A stretch of DNA of 64,000 bases from Eledone cirrhosa (taxonomy: Eukaryota). Under the pieces are notes generated by a model. It ran no database searches, was not told the DNA's origin, and worked only from the letters and a program-made list of their open reading frames with translations. The position numbers and the translations under genes were made by a program. The stretch spans positions 34,224,001-34,288,000 of the forward strand of contig OZ024754.1 of assembly GCA_964016885.1 (NCBI GenBank), given 5' to 3'. Positions 13,058 to 25,995 of this stretch are shown here, piece by piece; the stretch's first letter is position 1, and each line of letters opens with the position of its first letter.

Positions 13058-14288
13058 TTAATGAGGGAGCTTTAGTGTAAGTCACTAAACCAAAAGTTAT
13101 ACTTCACCACAAAAAACAGCAGCTAAATCTTCACCACAAATAAATCCTATCTCACTCCCATATGCTCTGCCTTAATTTCCAAGACAAAATGCCCATTAAA
13201 AAAATTATGAAATAAAAGCCAAAATTTTAATTCTTTCACAGCTGTATTAATGCAATACACTATTTAAATTAATTGGTGAAAGATTTTGAGGGATTTATTA
13301 ACATTATAATTATTTCAGGACTAAGGTAGCAAAATTAACAAATAGATCTTATATAAAATTATGTTGGAAGATTTTAATTTAAATATGAACACTTTTAAAT
13401 TAGTTCTTTTGGGATAATTGATATGAAAAAGGCTAACAGATCTGTAATTTCCAATAAACCATCTAATGTTGAATAACATCATTAGCTAATAAAGGTGGGA
13501 AGGTTTTTAATTAACCTTCTGGCCGCTATAGGTGCATTATGTCATTAATAAAGTAATCTCCCCTTAATATATAATGCAGTTTCAAGGAAAGCAATTCATA
13601 AACATTTCTAGCATGCTAAAGATTAAAACAAATTAAATAGAGTAACTGAAGGGATGTGGGAGAAGGAAATCCCCACAAACAAATCTCTGACACTATACAA
13701 TCTTCAGGAAACTAAACCCAACAGAAAGTGGAGATATTTATTGTGAATCTCATGTTAATACAGTAAAGTCTTCTTTCAAATAAATCCTTATCTTAAATGT
13801 CAGGTCACTTATTCTTTGTTCTAACTACCTGTGGCAGATTAAGTGGGGTGAGGTGGGAATGGGGGCTGACTGAGTTGTATCCTAGGGCTTCACAATATTT
13901 AAAGGGCTCCGAATAATTTTTTTGCTACCATAAATAACATGCAAACCAGAGATTCTTTTTTTTTTTTTTTTTGGACAAAAAAATTATTTCTATGAAAATT
14001 GGATCGACAGATAATTGATTTCACAAAGTATCATCATCATCATTAACGTCCATTTTTCCATGCTAGCATAGATTAAACTGTAAACACTCAATCTGAGCTA
14101 CTGTCTTCACAGTATATAAGTTTTAAACATTTTATCAAATCCAGAGACTTGCTTTGGAAAATTTGCAGTGACAAAATTCGAAAAACAAGCCTGTGTTTAA
14201 ATCTCTTCTATTTTCCCTGATAATAAAAATCAAACATATTTCAACTAACACGCCTGACACAGTAACATATTCAAACAAAGATATTCAA

Positions 14289-14539
14289 CATTTTCATTAC
14301 CATATTTCTGATGAACCATACTGCCTATAATTCTCAAGTATGTTTGAAAGTAATCAAGAATTTGGAGTGGTTTAGTAATATAACTAACTTTCTCAATATT
14401 AAATTGGCATTTGAAGCACAATTTACAAGTTCTTACATAAAATTATGATGGAAGGCTTTTAGATAAATATATACATTTTAAAACAAAGATTTGTATCATA
14501 GAACTAAGGGCAGTTTCAGGTGGTATCATACCAAAAGGG
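14289..14539 (+). mobile_element. piggyBac-type MITE family B
   Basis: Begins cattttcattaccatatttct; ends ataccaaaaggg followed by TTAA. Confidence 0.75.
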
Positions 14540-15017
14540 TTAATGCCAAATTATGTATGTAATTTGTCCAACATACTCGACCTTAAATATTTAACTCAAT
14601 AAATGTGAAGACATCTTGTGCAACATGAAAAAACCATTAGAGGTTGTTGGTATGACCATCCCACCCAACAAAAAAAGAATGGGTTAAATCCAGATAAAAA
14701 AAATAGTCAAATACATTCATAAGTTTTACAAGACGTTTTTAAAACATTTTTTTAAAGAGTTATAAAGAAGTTGTTGAATTCCTCCGGAGTTTATAAACAA
14801 ACATAACAAACATAATGAAATCCAATGGTTGTTTTTCTTAAAAAAAAAAAAAAAAAAATTATAACCACACAAACATTTTCCAGTCTCATTCATAATCAAA
14901 GGTTAAGTAAGTTGCATTTTATATTTTACTGATAAATGACCAAAATGGTCACTCACTATGAATTTCATGCAAAATAATAAATGAAAATAATAAAATTAAA
15001 AAGTAAATGTTGCATCC

Positions 15018-15285
15018 TGCACCTATGAAGGTTGTATTTTATAGGAGGTTTCTTGGGTGTTTTAACGATAGGGGCCACAATCCTATCTTATTGTTGTTTT
15101 GGTTTATACCTATGTAGGTCTAGTTGGCTTCCAATGAGACTGTATAACATTAAAGGTTTCTTTGGTGTTTTAATGACAGGGGTCCTTGCCTATCATATTA
15201 TAGCTCACATCTATGCAAGGTTTAGCTGGTCTCCTATGATGAGGTAACTCATAAAAGGTTTCTCAGATATTTTAATGATATAGGC
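15018..15285 (+). repeat. ~90-bp dispersed/tandem repeat (3 copies)
   Basis: cacctatg...taggaggtttcttgggtgttttaacgataggggcc occurs three times; same family at ~24185-24540, ~34878-34960 and inverted at ~38000-38090. Confidence 0.75.
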
Positions 15286-15430
15286 CAGTCATGGGCAAAC
15301 TGGAGCCTGTTTGGATTTCTGAATGGCACTCCTAATTTCAAAATTGCCTCGAGTTTTTTTGACTAGTGTGGCCCACTTTATGATGAACCATAGCCTACGT
15401 GGCTCACTGCTCGAAAAAAAGTTGCTCTGG
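15286..15430 (+). mobile_element. hAT-type MITE fragment
   Basis: Starts cagtcatgggcaaactggagcc (hAT-like terminus); a reverse-complement copy lies at ~23640-23758. Confidence 0.55.
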
Positions 15431-16027
15431 TCTGTTCTATCATGAAAATCACTTACAACTTTATGATTGTGAGCCAAAAATTCTAACCATTAGGCCACAT
15501 GTCTTCATTTTATTTCAAAATGATGAAAGGTTCAAATATCATGAACTATATCTTACATATTGTTGAAATGAATAATGGATCTCCATTTTTTTTTATATTT
15601 AGAGATGAAAAAAAAAAAAAAAAAAAAAAAATCAGATTATATTTTCTATTTTCAGCAGTTTGAATATGTTAACTCTTAATAACCTGTAATGATTTAGCAG
15701 AGAATATCTAAAAACAAGTTTGTTAATTCAAATGTTTATAATATCTTTACTACTGGACAGATCTTCATGAACATTTTTGCAGTATTAGAGTATATAAAGA
15801 CTTGAATTATTAATGTGAAGCAAGCATAGCATTGTTTTGTTCTTTTCAAGAATGTCTTTCTAGTGCAGGATGTTAAGAGTTAAAATTGATTTTATAACTT
15901 ATACATAAAATACCTCAAATTGACAAAGATATGAAAGTAAGAGTTTGTGTTAATGCCTTTTTATGAAAGCTAGAAAATAAAACCATGTGGTAGGCATCTG
16001 CCATAATAATATTGTCTTTTTTTTTAA

Positions 16028-16258
16028 CCCTTTTGAAAGACATTGCCTACGTGTTTCAATTAATTTTGAAAATATAAAAAAATTTGGAGAAATTTTGTAA
16101 AATAATTATTTGCATTATTAAGCTGGTGTTGAGAACATAACAAAAGTTCTAACATAAAATCATGATGGAAGGTAGTCGTATAAATATGAAAACGTAAAAC
16201 TGGCCAGTTTTGTATATTAAAACCAGCTTTGGTTTTAGGCAGTTCGGTATCAAAAGGG
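16028..16258 (+). mobile_element. piggyBac-type MITE family B
   Basis: TTAA|cccttttga ... gtatcaaaaggg|TTAA. Confidence 0.8.
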
Positions 16259-17027
16259 TTAAACAGACACAAAACCTTGGAATAAGTGGAACAGGAAGAA
16301 ATGGACTTTGGTTTTAAAGGATATTAGCAACATAAGTGTATGAATCCCAGTTAGGATGTTAATAAGGATTAGAGGCTTGGTTTCTCATAGAACTTACTGT
16401 CACATCATACTGACAAACAAAACATGATTGAACAGTCATGGTGACTTAAAAAGTTATATTAAAGCTGTTGTATACTTCATTGTCGTCAGTTAAGTAACAA
16501 ATACTGTGTTGTATATATTGAATTAATTACTGTATGTATTATTTATTTGTGTGAGTGTGTATAAACATAACTTTATTTTGGTTTGATGTATATATTTGTC
16601 TTTGCGTATGCATATATTATATATTGTATAATTTATTTTGTTGTGTTGTATATACGCAATCAAATATTGTATATATTATGTGTATATAAATACCATTTAA
16701 TAATAGCTGTAGTATTAGTAGTGTGGATATAGCATGACTGAATGGTTAAGGCGTTCACTGCGTGGCATTTTGGGCAAGTGCCATTGACCAAAGCCCCCAG
16801 GTTGATCCATGCCTTGTAAGTAAAATTGGGTAAAGGGAAACTGTTTGAAGCCCATTGAATGGACTGTACATATAATTCAAAGGGTCAGCCTTGTTCCACA
16901 TTGTCATGCTGAATGTCCCTGAGAATTACATTAAAGGTACACATTTGTATGTAGAATGTTCAGCCACTTATATATTAATATCATGGGCAGGCTGTTCCAT
17001 TCCACTTCTTGTATCATTATTATTAAA

Positions 17028-17225
17028 AGGGCAGTGGATTGGCAGTATCGGTAGAGGGTCGGACGCCGTGCTTTCCAGCATAGAGTTACGCCCCTTTACA
17101 GTCTGAGTTCAAATCCTGCCGAGGTTAACTTTGCCTTTCATCCTTACGGGGTCGATAAAATAAAGTAGCAGTAATGCCCTGGGATAATTGTTGGCCTTGT
17201 GCCAAAATTAGAAACAATTATTATT
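17028..17225 (+). mobile_element. tRNA-derived SINE (family 1), well-preserved copy
   Basis: ggcagtggattggcagtatcggtagagg ... ctgagttcaaatcctgccgaggttaactttgcctttcatccttacggggtcgataaaataaagtagcag, followed by an (ATT)n tail. Confidence 0.85.
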
Positions 17226-17234
17226 ATTATTATT

Positions 17235-17560
17235 AGAGAAGAAGCTCAATGGGACATACACGTGGATGCTACACATAGTGCTGAACAGGTCCTAGAAGCA
17301 GCAATCCTCAAAAGAAGAACTATATATGGACAGATTCTTCCTGTATCAGCATTAGTTAGGGAAAGGTTAAGATACACTGGGCACTGCTACCAAAGCAAAG
17401 ACAAGCTTATTAGCAGTCCTTTTTTTGTGGATGTCACCCCATGGACACTCTTGCATCGGACATCCTTAGATGACTAAAGGTGTTGATTTGACAATCGAAG
17501 ACTTGAAAACAGTGAAGGACAGGAACATCTGGGGAAGGAGAATAGAGTTGGCCCAGGCAA
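17235..17560 (+). mobile_element. LINE (RTE-like) 3' fragment
   Basis: YTxMLxIVLNRS...IYGQILPVSALVRERLRYTGHCYQS resembles the RTE C-terminal RLRxxGH motif. Confidence 0.6.
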
Positions 17561-18189
17561 TTCACCCAATCCAATGATAATAGATTAGTAGTAGTAGTGT
17601 TTTTTATTTTTTATATAGGATTGATGGCTCAGCTTTACATGAGGGGAAAAACAAAGTTTTCATATTGATATCAAAGGCATAGGTATGGCTGTGTGATTAA
17701 GAAGTTTTCCTCTGAGTGTTTTCTACTACTATAGCCTTGGCTTGACTAATGCCTTGTAGAGAGAAACTGACAGCTTGACAGTTGGGATTTTACATATCTT
17801 TATACCCACCCTGCATCGCTTTACGATCGAGTACTCCCATGATTAGTGGTCTCCTCTGTATCAGCACCGCAGAGCCCCCCTCCTCTCTCTCATATATATA
17901 ATATACATATATATATGTGACTTAGCGAATCAGCAAATAGAAATCATTAAAATAGGTACCAGACTTAAAAAATAAGTACGATATGGTCAAACAACAACTC
18001 ATTAAGACAGTGCCTCAGCATGGCCTTAGCCTAATGATTAAAACCAGTAAAAAAATATTTTCTCCAAAGACATCATCAACAAAGAGGAGCAGTTCCAAGT
18101 GGATACCAGAACTGATTTTGGTGATTTGGCTGAGAATTTACAAATATATAAAGTACCTGAAAATGATTATTTAATAAAAGTAGTAGTAG

Positions 18190-18630
18190 TGGTTTCTGAT
18201 TAGGCACAAGGCCAACCAATATTTGGTTGGGGGAGGGGAGAGAGAAAGTCAATTAAATCAAACTCAGTGCATTACTGGTACTTTTATTTTATCAACCCTA
18301 TAAGGAGGAAAGGCAAAGCTAACCTATGTGGGATTTGAACTCAGAACATAAAGGGCCAGCACTATATTCCGCAAAGCATGCTGTCTGATGTGCTACTGAT
18401 ATTGCCAATCTACTGCTCTTTAGTAATAGTAATAATTGTTTCTACTATTGGCACAAGGCCAGCAATTACCCAGTACGTTACTGGTACTTTATTTTATCGA
18501 CCCTGTAAGGATGAAAGGCAAAGTTAACTTCGGCGGGATTTGAACTCAGAATGGCAAGGGCCGTAACTCTATGCGTCAAAAGCAAGGCGTCCGGCCCTCT
18601 ACCGATACTGCCAATTCACCGCCCTTCATA
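18190..18630 (-). mobile_element. Two tandem family-1 SINEs
   Basis: Two head-to-tail reverse copies of the gcctttcatcc..gggtcgataaaataaagtaccag core. Confidence 0.85.
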
Positions 18631-18816
18631 ATTAATAATAATAATAATGGTTGCTGTTTTAGACACAAAGCCAATAAATATGGGGAGGGGGGGGGGGTTA
18701 ATAATTAACTAATAATAATCTTAATAAAAAAAAATACCAAGACTTGAAATATGAAATGGAGAGAATCTGAAATTGCCACAAAATTGTTACCATTCCAATC
18801 ATAATAGGAGCCTTAA

Positions 18817-19020
18817 CCCTTTAGAATTTCCAGAATTTTCTCATCTCTTTCTGTTCAAACCAGCCATAAATGGCTACTTATACTTATGTTAAGGTATTGT
18901 TCTCAAAATAAATAATATCAAAATCGCATAGATTTGATATTATGTGAGATAATTATGTAAGATAAAGCCTTTACCGTGAAAATATAAGAGTAAATATGGA
19001 GTAATGTAAATGCTAAAGGG
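18817..19020 (+). mobile_element. piggyBac-type MITE family A
   Basis: TTAA|ccctttag ... ctaaaggg|TTAA, 204 bp. Confidence 0.85.
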
Positions 19021-19219
19021 TTAAATACAGGGGCTAGACGTTTAAAAGGTTAGCTGAAGTGTTGAATACTGAGGCTGAATTTCCTGACTTTACAGAAGGC
19101 TTGTTTGTTTGATACAGCAAGAGCCATATAAAAGATGTTAAGATATACCTAAGGCTGCAGGGGACAGCTTCATATCTAGCTGAGGATTAACAAAATGCTA
19201 AGTAAAAAGAAAAAAAATA

Positions 19220-20160
19220 GTAATAATTTCTAATGGTGTCACAACACCAGCAACTTTGGATGGAAAGGAAAGTTAATTATATTGACCCCGGTGCTTCACT
19301 GCTATTTTATTGACTTTGGTAGGATGAAAGACAAAGTTGATCTCAACAGATTTTGAACTCAGAATGTAAAGATTCAGAAAAATGGTGCAAAACATTTTGT
19401 CCGATACTCTAAACATTGACAATCCACTGCCCACTCTAACTCACAAATAATAATAGCTTCTAATTTAGGCACAACGCCAACAATTTTAGGGGAAGGGTAA
19501 ATTGATTAAATCTACCCCAGTGCATTGCTAGTGCTTTATTTATCAACCCCGTAAGGAAAGTTAACCCCAGCAGGATTTGAACTCAGATCGTAAAGGGGCA
19601 TGTTGTCCAATTCTCTAACGACACTGCTAATCCACCACCCTAATAATTGTTTCTACTTTTGGCACAAGGCCAGCAATTACTCAGTACATTACTGGTACTT
19701 TATTTTATCGACCCCCGTAAGGATGAAAGGCAAAGTTAACCTCAACAGGATTTGAACTCAGACCCCGTTGAGGTTAACTTAACAATAATTGTTTCTACTT
19801 TTGGCACAAAGACAGCAATTACCCCAGTGCATTACTGCTACTTTATTTTATCGACCCCGTAAGGATGAGAGGCAAAGTTAACTTCAGCGGGATTTGAACT
19901 CAGTCCGTAAAGGGACATAACTCTATGCTGGAAAGCATGGCGTCTGACCCTCCACCAATACTGCCAGTCCAATAATAATAATAATATTTTCTAACATAAA
20001 CATTTTGGATAAAAGAACAGTTGATTAAATTGATCTCAGTGGCTGATAGGTACTTTATTTTATTGACCTCAGAAGGATGACAGACAAAGTTGACCGTAAC
20101 AGATTTTGAACTCAAATCGAAAAGGGGCATAAAGAAATAAATACATGGTATTTATTCAGT
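19220..20160 (-). mobile_element. Cluster of ~5 tandem family-1 SINEs
   Basis: Repeated reverse-strand core ggatgaaaggcaaagttaac...ggatttgaactcaga, separated by (AAT)n. Confidence 0.85.
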
Positions 20161-21784
20161 GCTTTGCCATTTCTTTTCTCCAACACAACAACAAAACAGT
20201 AATAATAATAATAATAATAATAACAACACAAATAATAAATTGATAAGTTGATCTCTTGTAGAACTATAGTTTGATTCCATCAATCCTAGTTTATCACTGG
20301 TACATTAATTCATAAGCAGAATGAAAAGTTGAATTGACTATGAAGGTGCATCACTCAAAGGTAAAATTGTGAGTTCAATTCCAAGACCAGGCAGCGCATT
20401 GTGTCAGTGAGCAAGACACTTTATTTTACATTGCTTCAGTCAACACAGCTGGCAAAAAATAAGCTGTATGTACCTCTAATTCAAAGGGGAGCAACCATGT
20501 CATACACTGTGTCATGTTGAATCACCCTGAGAATTACGTTAAGAGTACACATGTCTGTGGAATGTGAATTTCATGAGCAGGCTGTTCTGTTGATGGAAAA
20601 ACTGGAACACTAATCTTTGGGACCAAAAACGGTCCAACACAATATCTGAAGCCTCTAACTGGTATCATGAAATTAACAGCTTAAAATTTTATCCAGTCAA
20701 AAAACATACAAAAACTTAAATCCAGTGGAGAATAACCTAATGAAACTTTTGACACCAAGAAATAATAAGTATAAAGAGAATTTAACAAATTTTTAGTGTA
20801 TTTCTTTCCCCTTCAATGTGGCTAAAATAACTGCCACAATATAATTGCTTTAGTTTCATCATACAGTCACAGATCAAGTCACATGTTAAACAAGTATGGC
20901 TTCGAAAAGCTTAAAAATTTGTTGAAAATAATATAGCTCAACTAGTTGAAACAGAATATGACTTTGATATGGCTGAAAAGAATGTAGGAGAAAAGAAACT
21001 CAAAGCAATAGAGAACTGGAATCATAACAAGATTCGATGTATTATTTTGCAAAGGATATTTAGTGAAAAAGATAGAGGAGCAAGATCAAGAAATGGGAAG
21101 GAGCTGATTGTCAGATTGGCCTTTCTATTGTTGATACCATCTGCCAGTGACAACTCCTGGCAGAAGAGACACTGCTTTTCTTGTGACAAGAGATGGGGGT
21201 ATGAGCTCAGAACAAATATCGCAAAGCATCCCATCTAATTTTTTAATGATTCAGCCCACCCACCACACCTGCAATAATAGTTCTTCATTTACCAACCCCA
21301 AAAGGGATGAAAGGCAAAGTTGACCTCAGCAAGATTTGGACTGTGTGCAAAGAGATAGAACAAATGATTTTTCCAATTCACCACCACGTTATACAATCAG
21401 TCAAATATAATCAGTTGAGTTGAATGAATTGATGTAAAATGAAGTACCACGCCCTAGGACACAGCACACTGTTTGATCTGGGAATTGAACCCATGATATT
21501 ATGATTATTAGTTCAATGCCTTGACCACTAAGCCTTCACTCCAATATTCCATTATCATAAATTAATTGTTTTATAAGACAAAGATCAATCTAGAGCTACC
21601 CTTTAGTATTGGAAAATGGGTTTTTCAATAACAGAAGTTTAGAGCAGAATAAAGAGAAAGGATTGAAAAAGGTGAGTGAATGTATATGAATTGTGTTTAT
21701 ACATACTTGATAACTTGGGCACACTAACCCTGCATGGTAACTTATGTGTGTATCTGGCTTAGAATGGGTACACTGTATTCCTAG

Positions 21785-21836
21785 CAAGGCTGTTATCCTT
21801 GCTAAAGTAAGGACTTTAGCAAGGATAACAGCCTTG
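21785..21836. repeat. Perfect 24-bp hairpin with 4-nt loop
   Basis: caaggctgttatccttgctaaagt-aagg-actttagcaaggataacagccttg. Confidence 0.95.
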
Positions 21837-21952
21837 AAATTCTTGTTGTGTACATTCTATGTAAGTATATTTAGTCTTGCTCTAAAATAATTTGTGAGGT
21901 AAACCTTAGGGCAGTCAGAAGCATGAATTAATTTTTCTTTAATACACACTGT

Positions 21953-22173
21953 TTATATATTAGTCAATACCTACAACAAAGCAACTCATTGAAATCACAA
22001 TTGTTTTGGTTTTTAGCAGCTGTATATTTTCTCAAAGAGACATAGACGAACAGACAGACACACAGAGTAACACATCATATGGCACATTAATTAATTAGTT
22101 TATATATATATATATATATATAGGGAAAGAGTAAGGACCCCGATGGCTGAGCTTCGGGCGTTGTGACAGCAAG

Positions 22174-22204
<31 letters not shown>

Positions 22205-22379
22205 AAGTAACATCAGCTTGCTTTGGGGAATTCAGAGAACTTAGAAAAGCAGTTTTACACATTAGGGTGTTACTATATATATATATATATATAATCTTAG
22301 AGAAAACATACAGGAACTAACAAATGAAAAATTGTGATTTCAATGAGATGCCTTAGTACAGGTATTGACTGATATATAA
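21953..22379. repeat. ~50-bp inverted repeats enclosing ~330 bp
   Basis: ttatatattagtcaatacc...ctcattgaaatcacaatt (21953-22002) versus aattgtgatttcaatgag...ggtattgactgatatataa (22330-22379). Confidence 0.8.
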
Positions 22380-23094
22380 TTAAAAAAAATTGTTCATATT
22401 TCTCACTGCACTGAAACTAGATAAGATCTATCTACATATGTATGTATGTGTGTGTGTGTATGTGTGAGTGTGTGTATGTGTGAGTGTGTGCATGTGTGGG
22501 GAGGCGTTTACAGAGTTACTGTAGCAGTGATTTAAATACTACACAATATTTGTTCCAGCTCTGAGTTTAAATCCTATTAAAGTTAACTTTGACTTTCATC
22601 TTTTCAGGGTTGATAAATAAAGTACCAGTTCTTGGCCACCTTGCAGTAACTCTTTCAGCTGAGTTCTGATTTCCCCTGCAACAACATGAGTGCTAAACTA
22701 TATCAGTTGTTGCCTGTCTTTTGGACAACATTGGTGGTGAGGAGAGGGACGACTTACATACGAGGACAGCTGTAACATCACTGGTGCCATGCTATATCAA
22801 CCCTTGCCTTCCCCTTCGACAACATTGCTGGTGTGGAGAGGGGTGACTTACATACATGGGGGACAACTGCCGATCTTCCAAAAAATAAAAAATTGCCCAA
22901 TCCTGCATCTTAAGAGAGGAACTTTCGAGGTGCAGATCCATGGTTCACACAAGTCTTATGAAGACCCTATATATGAAGGGATATTATCCTGAAATATTAA
23001 GGACTATTACACAACTACAAGGTAACATTACAACATTGTTGTTATCACTTTTTTAACATTTAATGTCTCATTTGGATAGCTCCCCCCACCCACC

Positions 23095-23141
<47 letters not shown>

Positions 23142-23350
23142 CACGCGTGAGTGTGTGTATCCAGTCTAGCCCTATGTGGTTCTGACATCTAAGCTGAATT
23201 TGATATAACTAGACTCAAATGACTATTTTATTAGCTGTAACACCTTATGCTAAATGCATAAATTGTTATTTATAATTATCATATATATTTTGCGTGTATA
23301 TACAGAGTGCAGAAAACTTCTCAGGGTCAACCTGTGAAAGGAACAATTAA

Positions 23351-23577
23351 CCCTTTCATAACTATATTTCTAATGAAATACTTACTATTTCAATTAATTA
23401 ATGAAGAATTTTGATTGAGTTATGAAAAGTATTCATACTAAGATAGTAACTTAACATATGGTTCTTATATAAAGTTATTTTGGAAGATGTAAAATTTAAA
23501 AAGGAGCCCTTTAAAATAGATGGTTTTCTTTCATAGAAGCAGAAGAACCAGTTTTGGTTAAGCTGGTATCAAAAGGG
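23351..23577 (+). mobile_element. piggyBac-type MITE family B
   Basis: TTAA|ccctttcataactatatttc ... ggtatcaaaaggg|TTAA. Confidence 0.85.
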
Positions 23578-24564
23578 TTAAGTCACTGTTTCCCATTAGA
23601 AACATGTCAAAGTTCTAGAGAAATCAAAAGTCTATCACAAGCACAGGAAAACTTTTTTGAGCAGTGGGCCACATACAAGGAAATTTTGAAATTAGGCGTG
23701 CCATTTAGAAAGCCAAATGGGTCACCTGTGGCTCATGGACCACAGTTTGCTCATAATTGGTCTAACAGAACAGACAAAAGATGGTGACATTCCTTGCTCT
23801 TAAAGCAAAGTTCCTCACTGTCTAACATCATAAGTACTGGTGCAGCAGCTTCTACATGCTAAATAAAGCCAACCACACACATATTCGTCTAAGACTGTGG
23901 AACCTCTCTCCACTCTACATTGGCATACATGGGTGTATGTGGATCCACAGAAATAGGATGAGACAGACAATCTCCACTCCAATCTCCCCGAGGAATAACT
24001 GATAATAGCCCTCCACTCCTTAGGTTTAGTATTCTATGTTCTGCAAACCAGTATGATGTGTCTTTGTGAAGACACACACCAACAGTAACATGTTGTTGCC
24101 ACCACAAAAGGTGTCGATGGTAGATGCATAATTGAAAATAACTACTTGTAGAAGCCATCAGTGTTAGAAATTAAATTTATCACTCTCACCTATGTAGGTT
24201 TAGCTAGATGCCTACATTGTTGTATCTCCTAAAAAATTTATCAAGTATTTTAACGATAGGGGTCTTATATATGTTGTTGTTACAGCTCCTTTTACTTAAG
24301 CAGATTTAGCTGGTCTTCTAATAGGATGTATCTCATAGAGACGTTTCTCGTGTGTTTTAATAATAGAGGTCCCAGTCGTACTAAGAATGTATATATATAT
24401 GTTTCTGTGTGTGTATGCGTGTTGTTGTTGTTGTTGTTGTTGTTGCAGCTCTCACCTATGCAGTTTTAGTTGCCCTCATATGAGGGTGTGTCCCATAGAA
24501 AGCTAGTTGGTTGTTAAAATGATAGGGGCCCCAGTCTTATCATGAGCTGGACTATCTTGCTTAA

Positions 24565-24773
24565 CCCTTTAGCATTTAAGCTGGCCAAATCCGGCCAAAA
24601 TTCTCTCACATCTTTCTGTTCAAACCTGGCTGCTCATACTGATGTTAAGGTATTGTTCGCAAAATAAATATCAAAATCTTACAGATTTGATATTATGTGA
24701 GATAATTATGTGAAGAAAAGTGTTTACCATGAAAACATAGTAGAATATATAGAGTAATGTAAATGGTAAAGGG
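24565..24773 (+). mobile_element. piggyBac-type MITE family A
   Basis: TTAA|ccctttagcattt ... aaatggtaaaggg|TTAA. Confidence 0.85.
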
Positions 24774-25200
24774 TTAAGAATACAGCACAGCACACTACCC
24801 CTGCCCCATGTTCGTGAGTCAAACACTTAACTATTAGGCCATATACCTCCAGTATTAGGATGTTAATGGGATATGAAAGAGGTAACCATTATTATACTTT
24901 GTTCCATTGAAACAAAATTTATAATGAAACAGAAACAGAATACCCACTTATGTTGCTAGTTAGATTTGATCATGCAACAGTTAACTTTGTTAACATATTA
25001 AAGTAATAGGTTAAATATTAAAGTAATAAGTTTTGGCAATAGTTGAGGTGATTTCATTAATAAAGGAAAAAAATTGTAAAATGGAAACAAGGAAAAAATA
25101 AAAGATGGAAAAATTATTTAGACAAAAAAAAAAATACAAAAATCATACATACACATAAATTATCATAATTCTTGAAATTTTACAAACACTGATGATGACG

Positions 25201-25231
<31 letters not shown>

Positions 25232-25729
25232 TGTTAATAATATAATTATATATATATATATGGACACAAGACCACAATTTGGGGAGAAAGGATACAGCCA
25301 ATTATATTGACCCAGTGTTTGATTGGTACTTATTTTATCGACTTTGGAAAGTTGAAATAATAATAATAATGTTGATGATGATAATGATGATAATGGTGAT
25401 GATAATTATGATTTTTTTTTTTTACATTAAAATATTGGATAAATGTTGTTGATGATGATGCTTTCATTCATAGGTGTCAGATTTTCGATGGAAACGTGGG
25501 AAATGGAAAGTTGTGATGTTTAGGGTACACCTCAAGAACATTAGTGATACAACTTTAAAATGGTACCAAGTGGGAACTGATACTAAGTTACATTCAATCC
25601 CCTTAGAAGTTATATCAACACCACTGCTACACAATTGTACCCACCACACCACCACTACCACCACCACCACCACCACAATAGTAATAACAATTAAAAGAAA
25701 GGAAAGGAGCTGATCTAGCTGACTAGACC

Positions 25730-25995
25730 AAAGCAAGTGTTTTCATTGGTCCTTATATTACTGGTACTCTCTGCCGGTCACAACTGGCAGAAGAAAGGAA
25801 AAGAGCTGATCATCAGATCAAACCAAGGAAACAATGTTTCCGTTTGTCTTTTCACTAATGAAACTATCTGCTGGTCACAACCCCTGACAGAAGGACAAAT
25901 GTGAAATAAAGTATTTTGCTCAGTCTGGTCCAGGAATTGAACCCATGACCATATTATTCTGAGTCCAACACTCTAACCACTAGGCCACATGCCTT
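25730..25995 (-). mobile_element. Family-2 SINE
   Basis: Reverse tRNA-like head (aggcatgtggcctagtggttagag ... gggttcaattcc). Confidence 0.7.
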
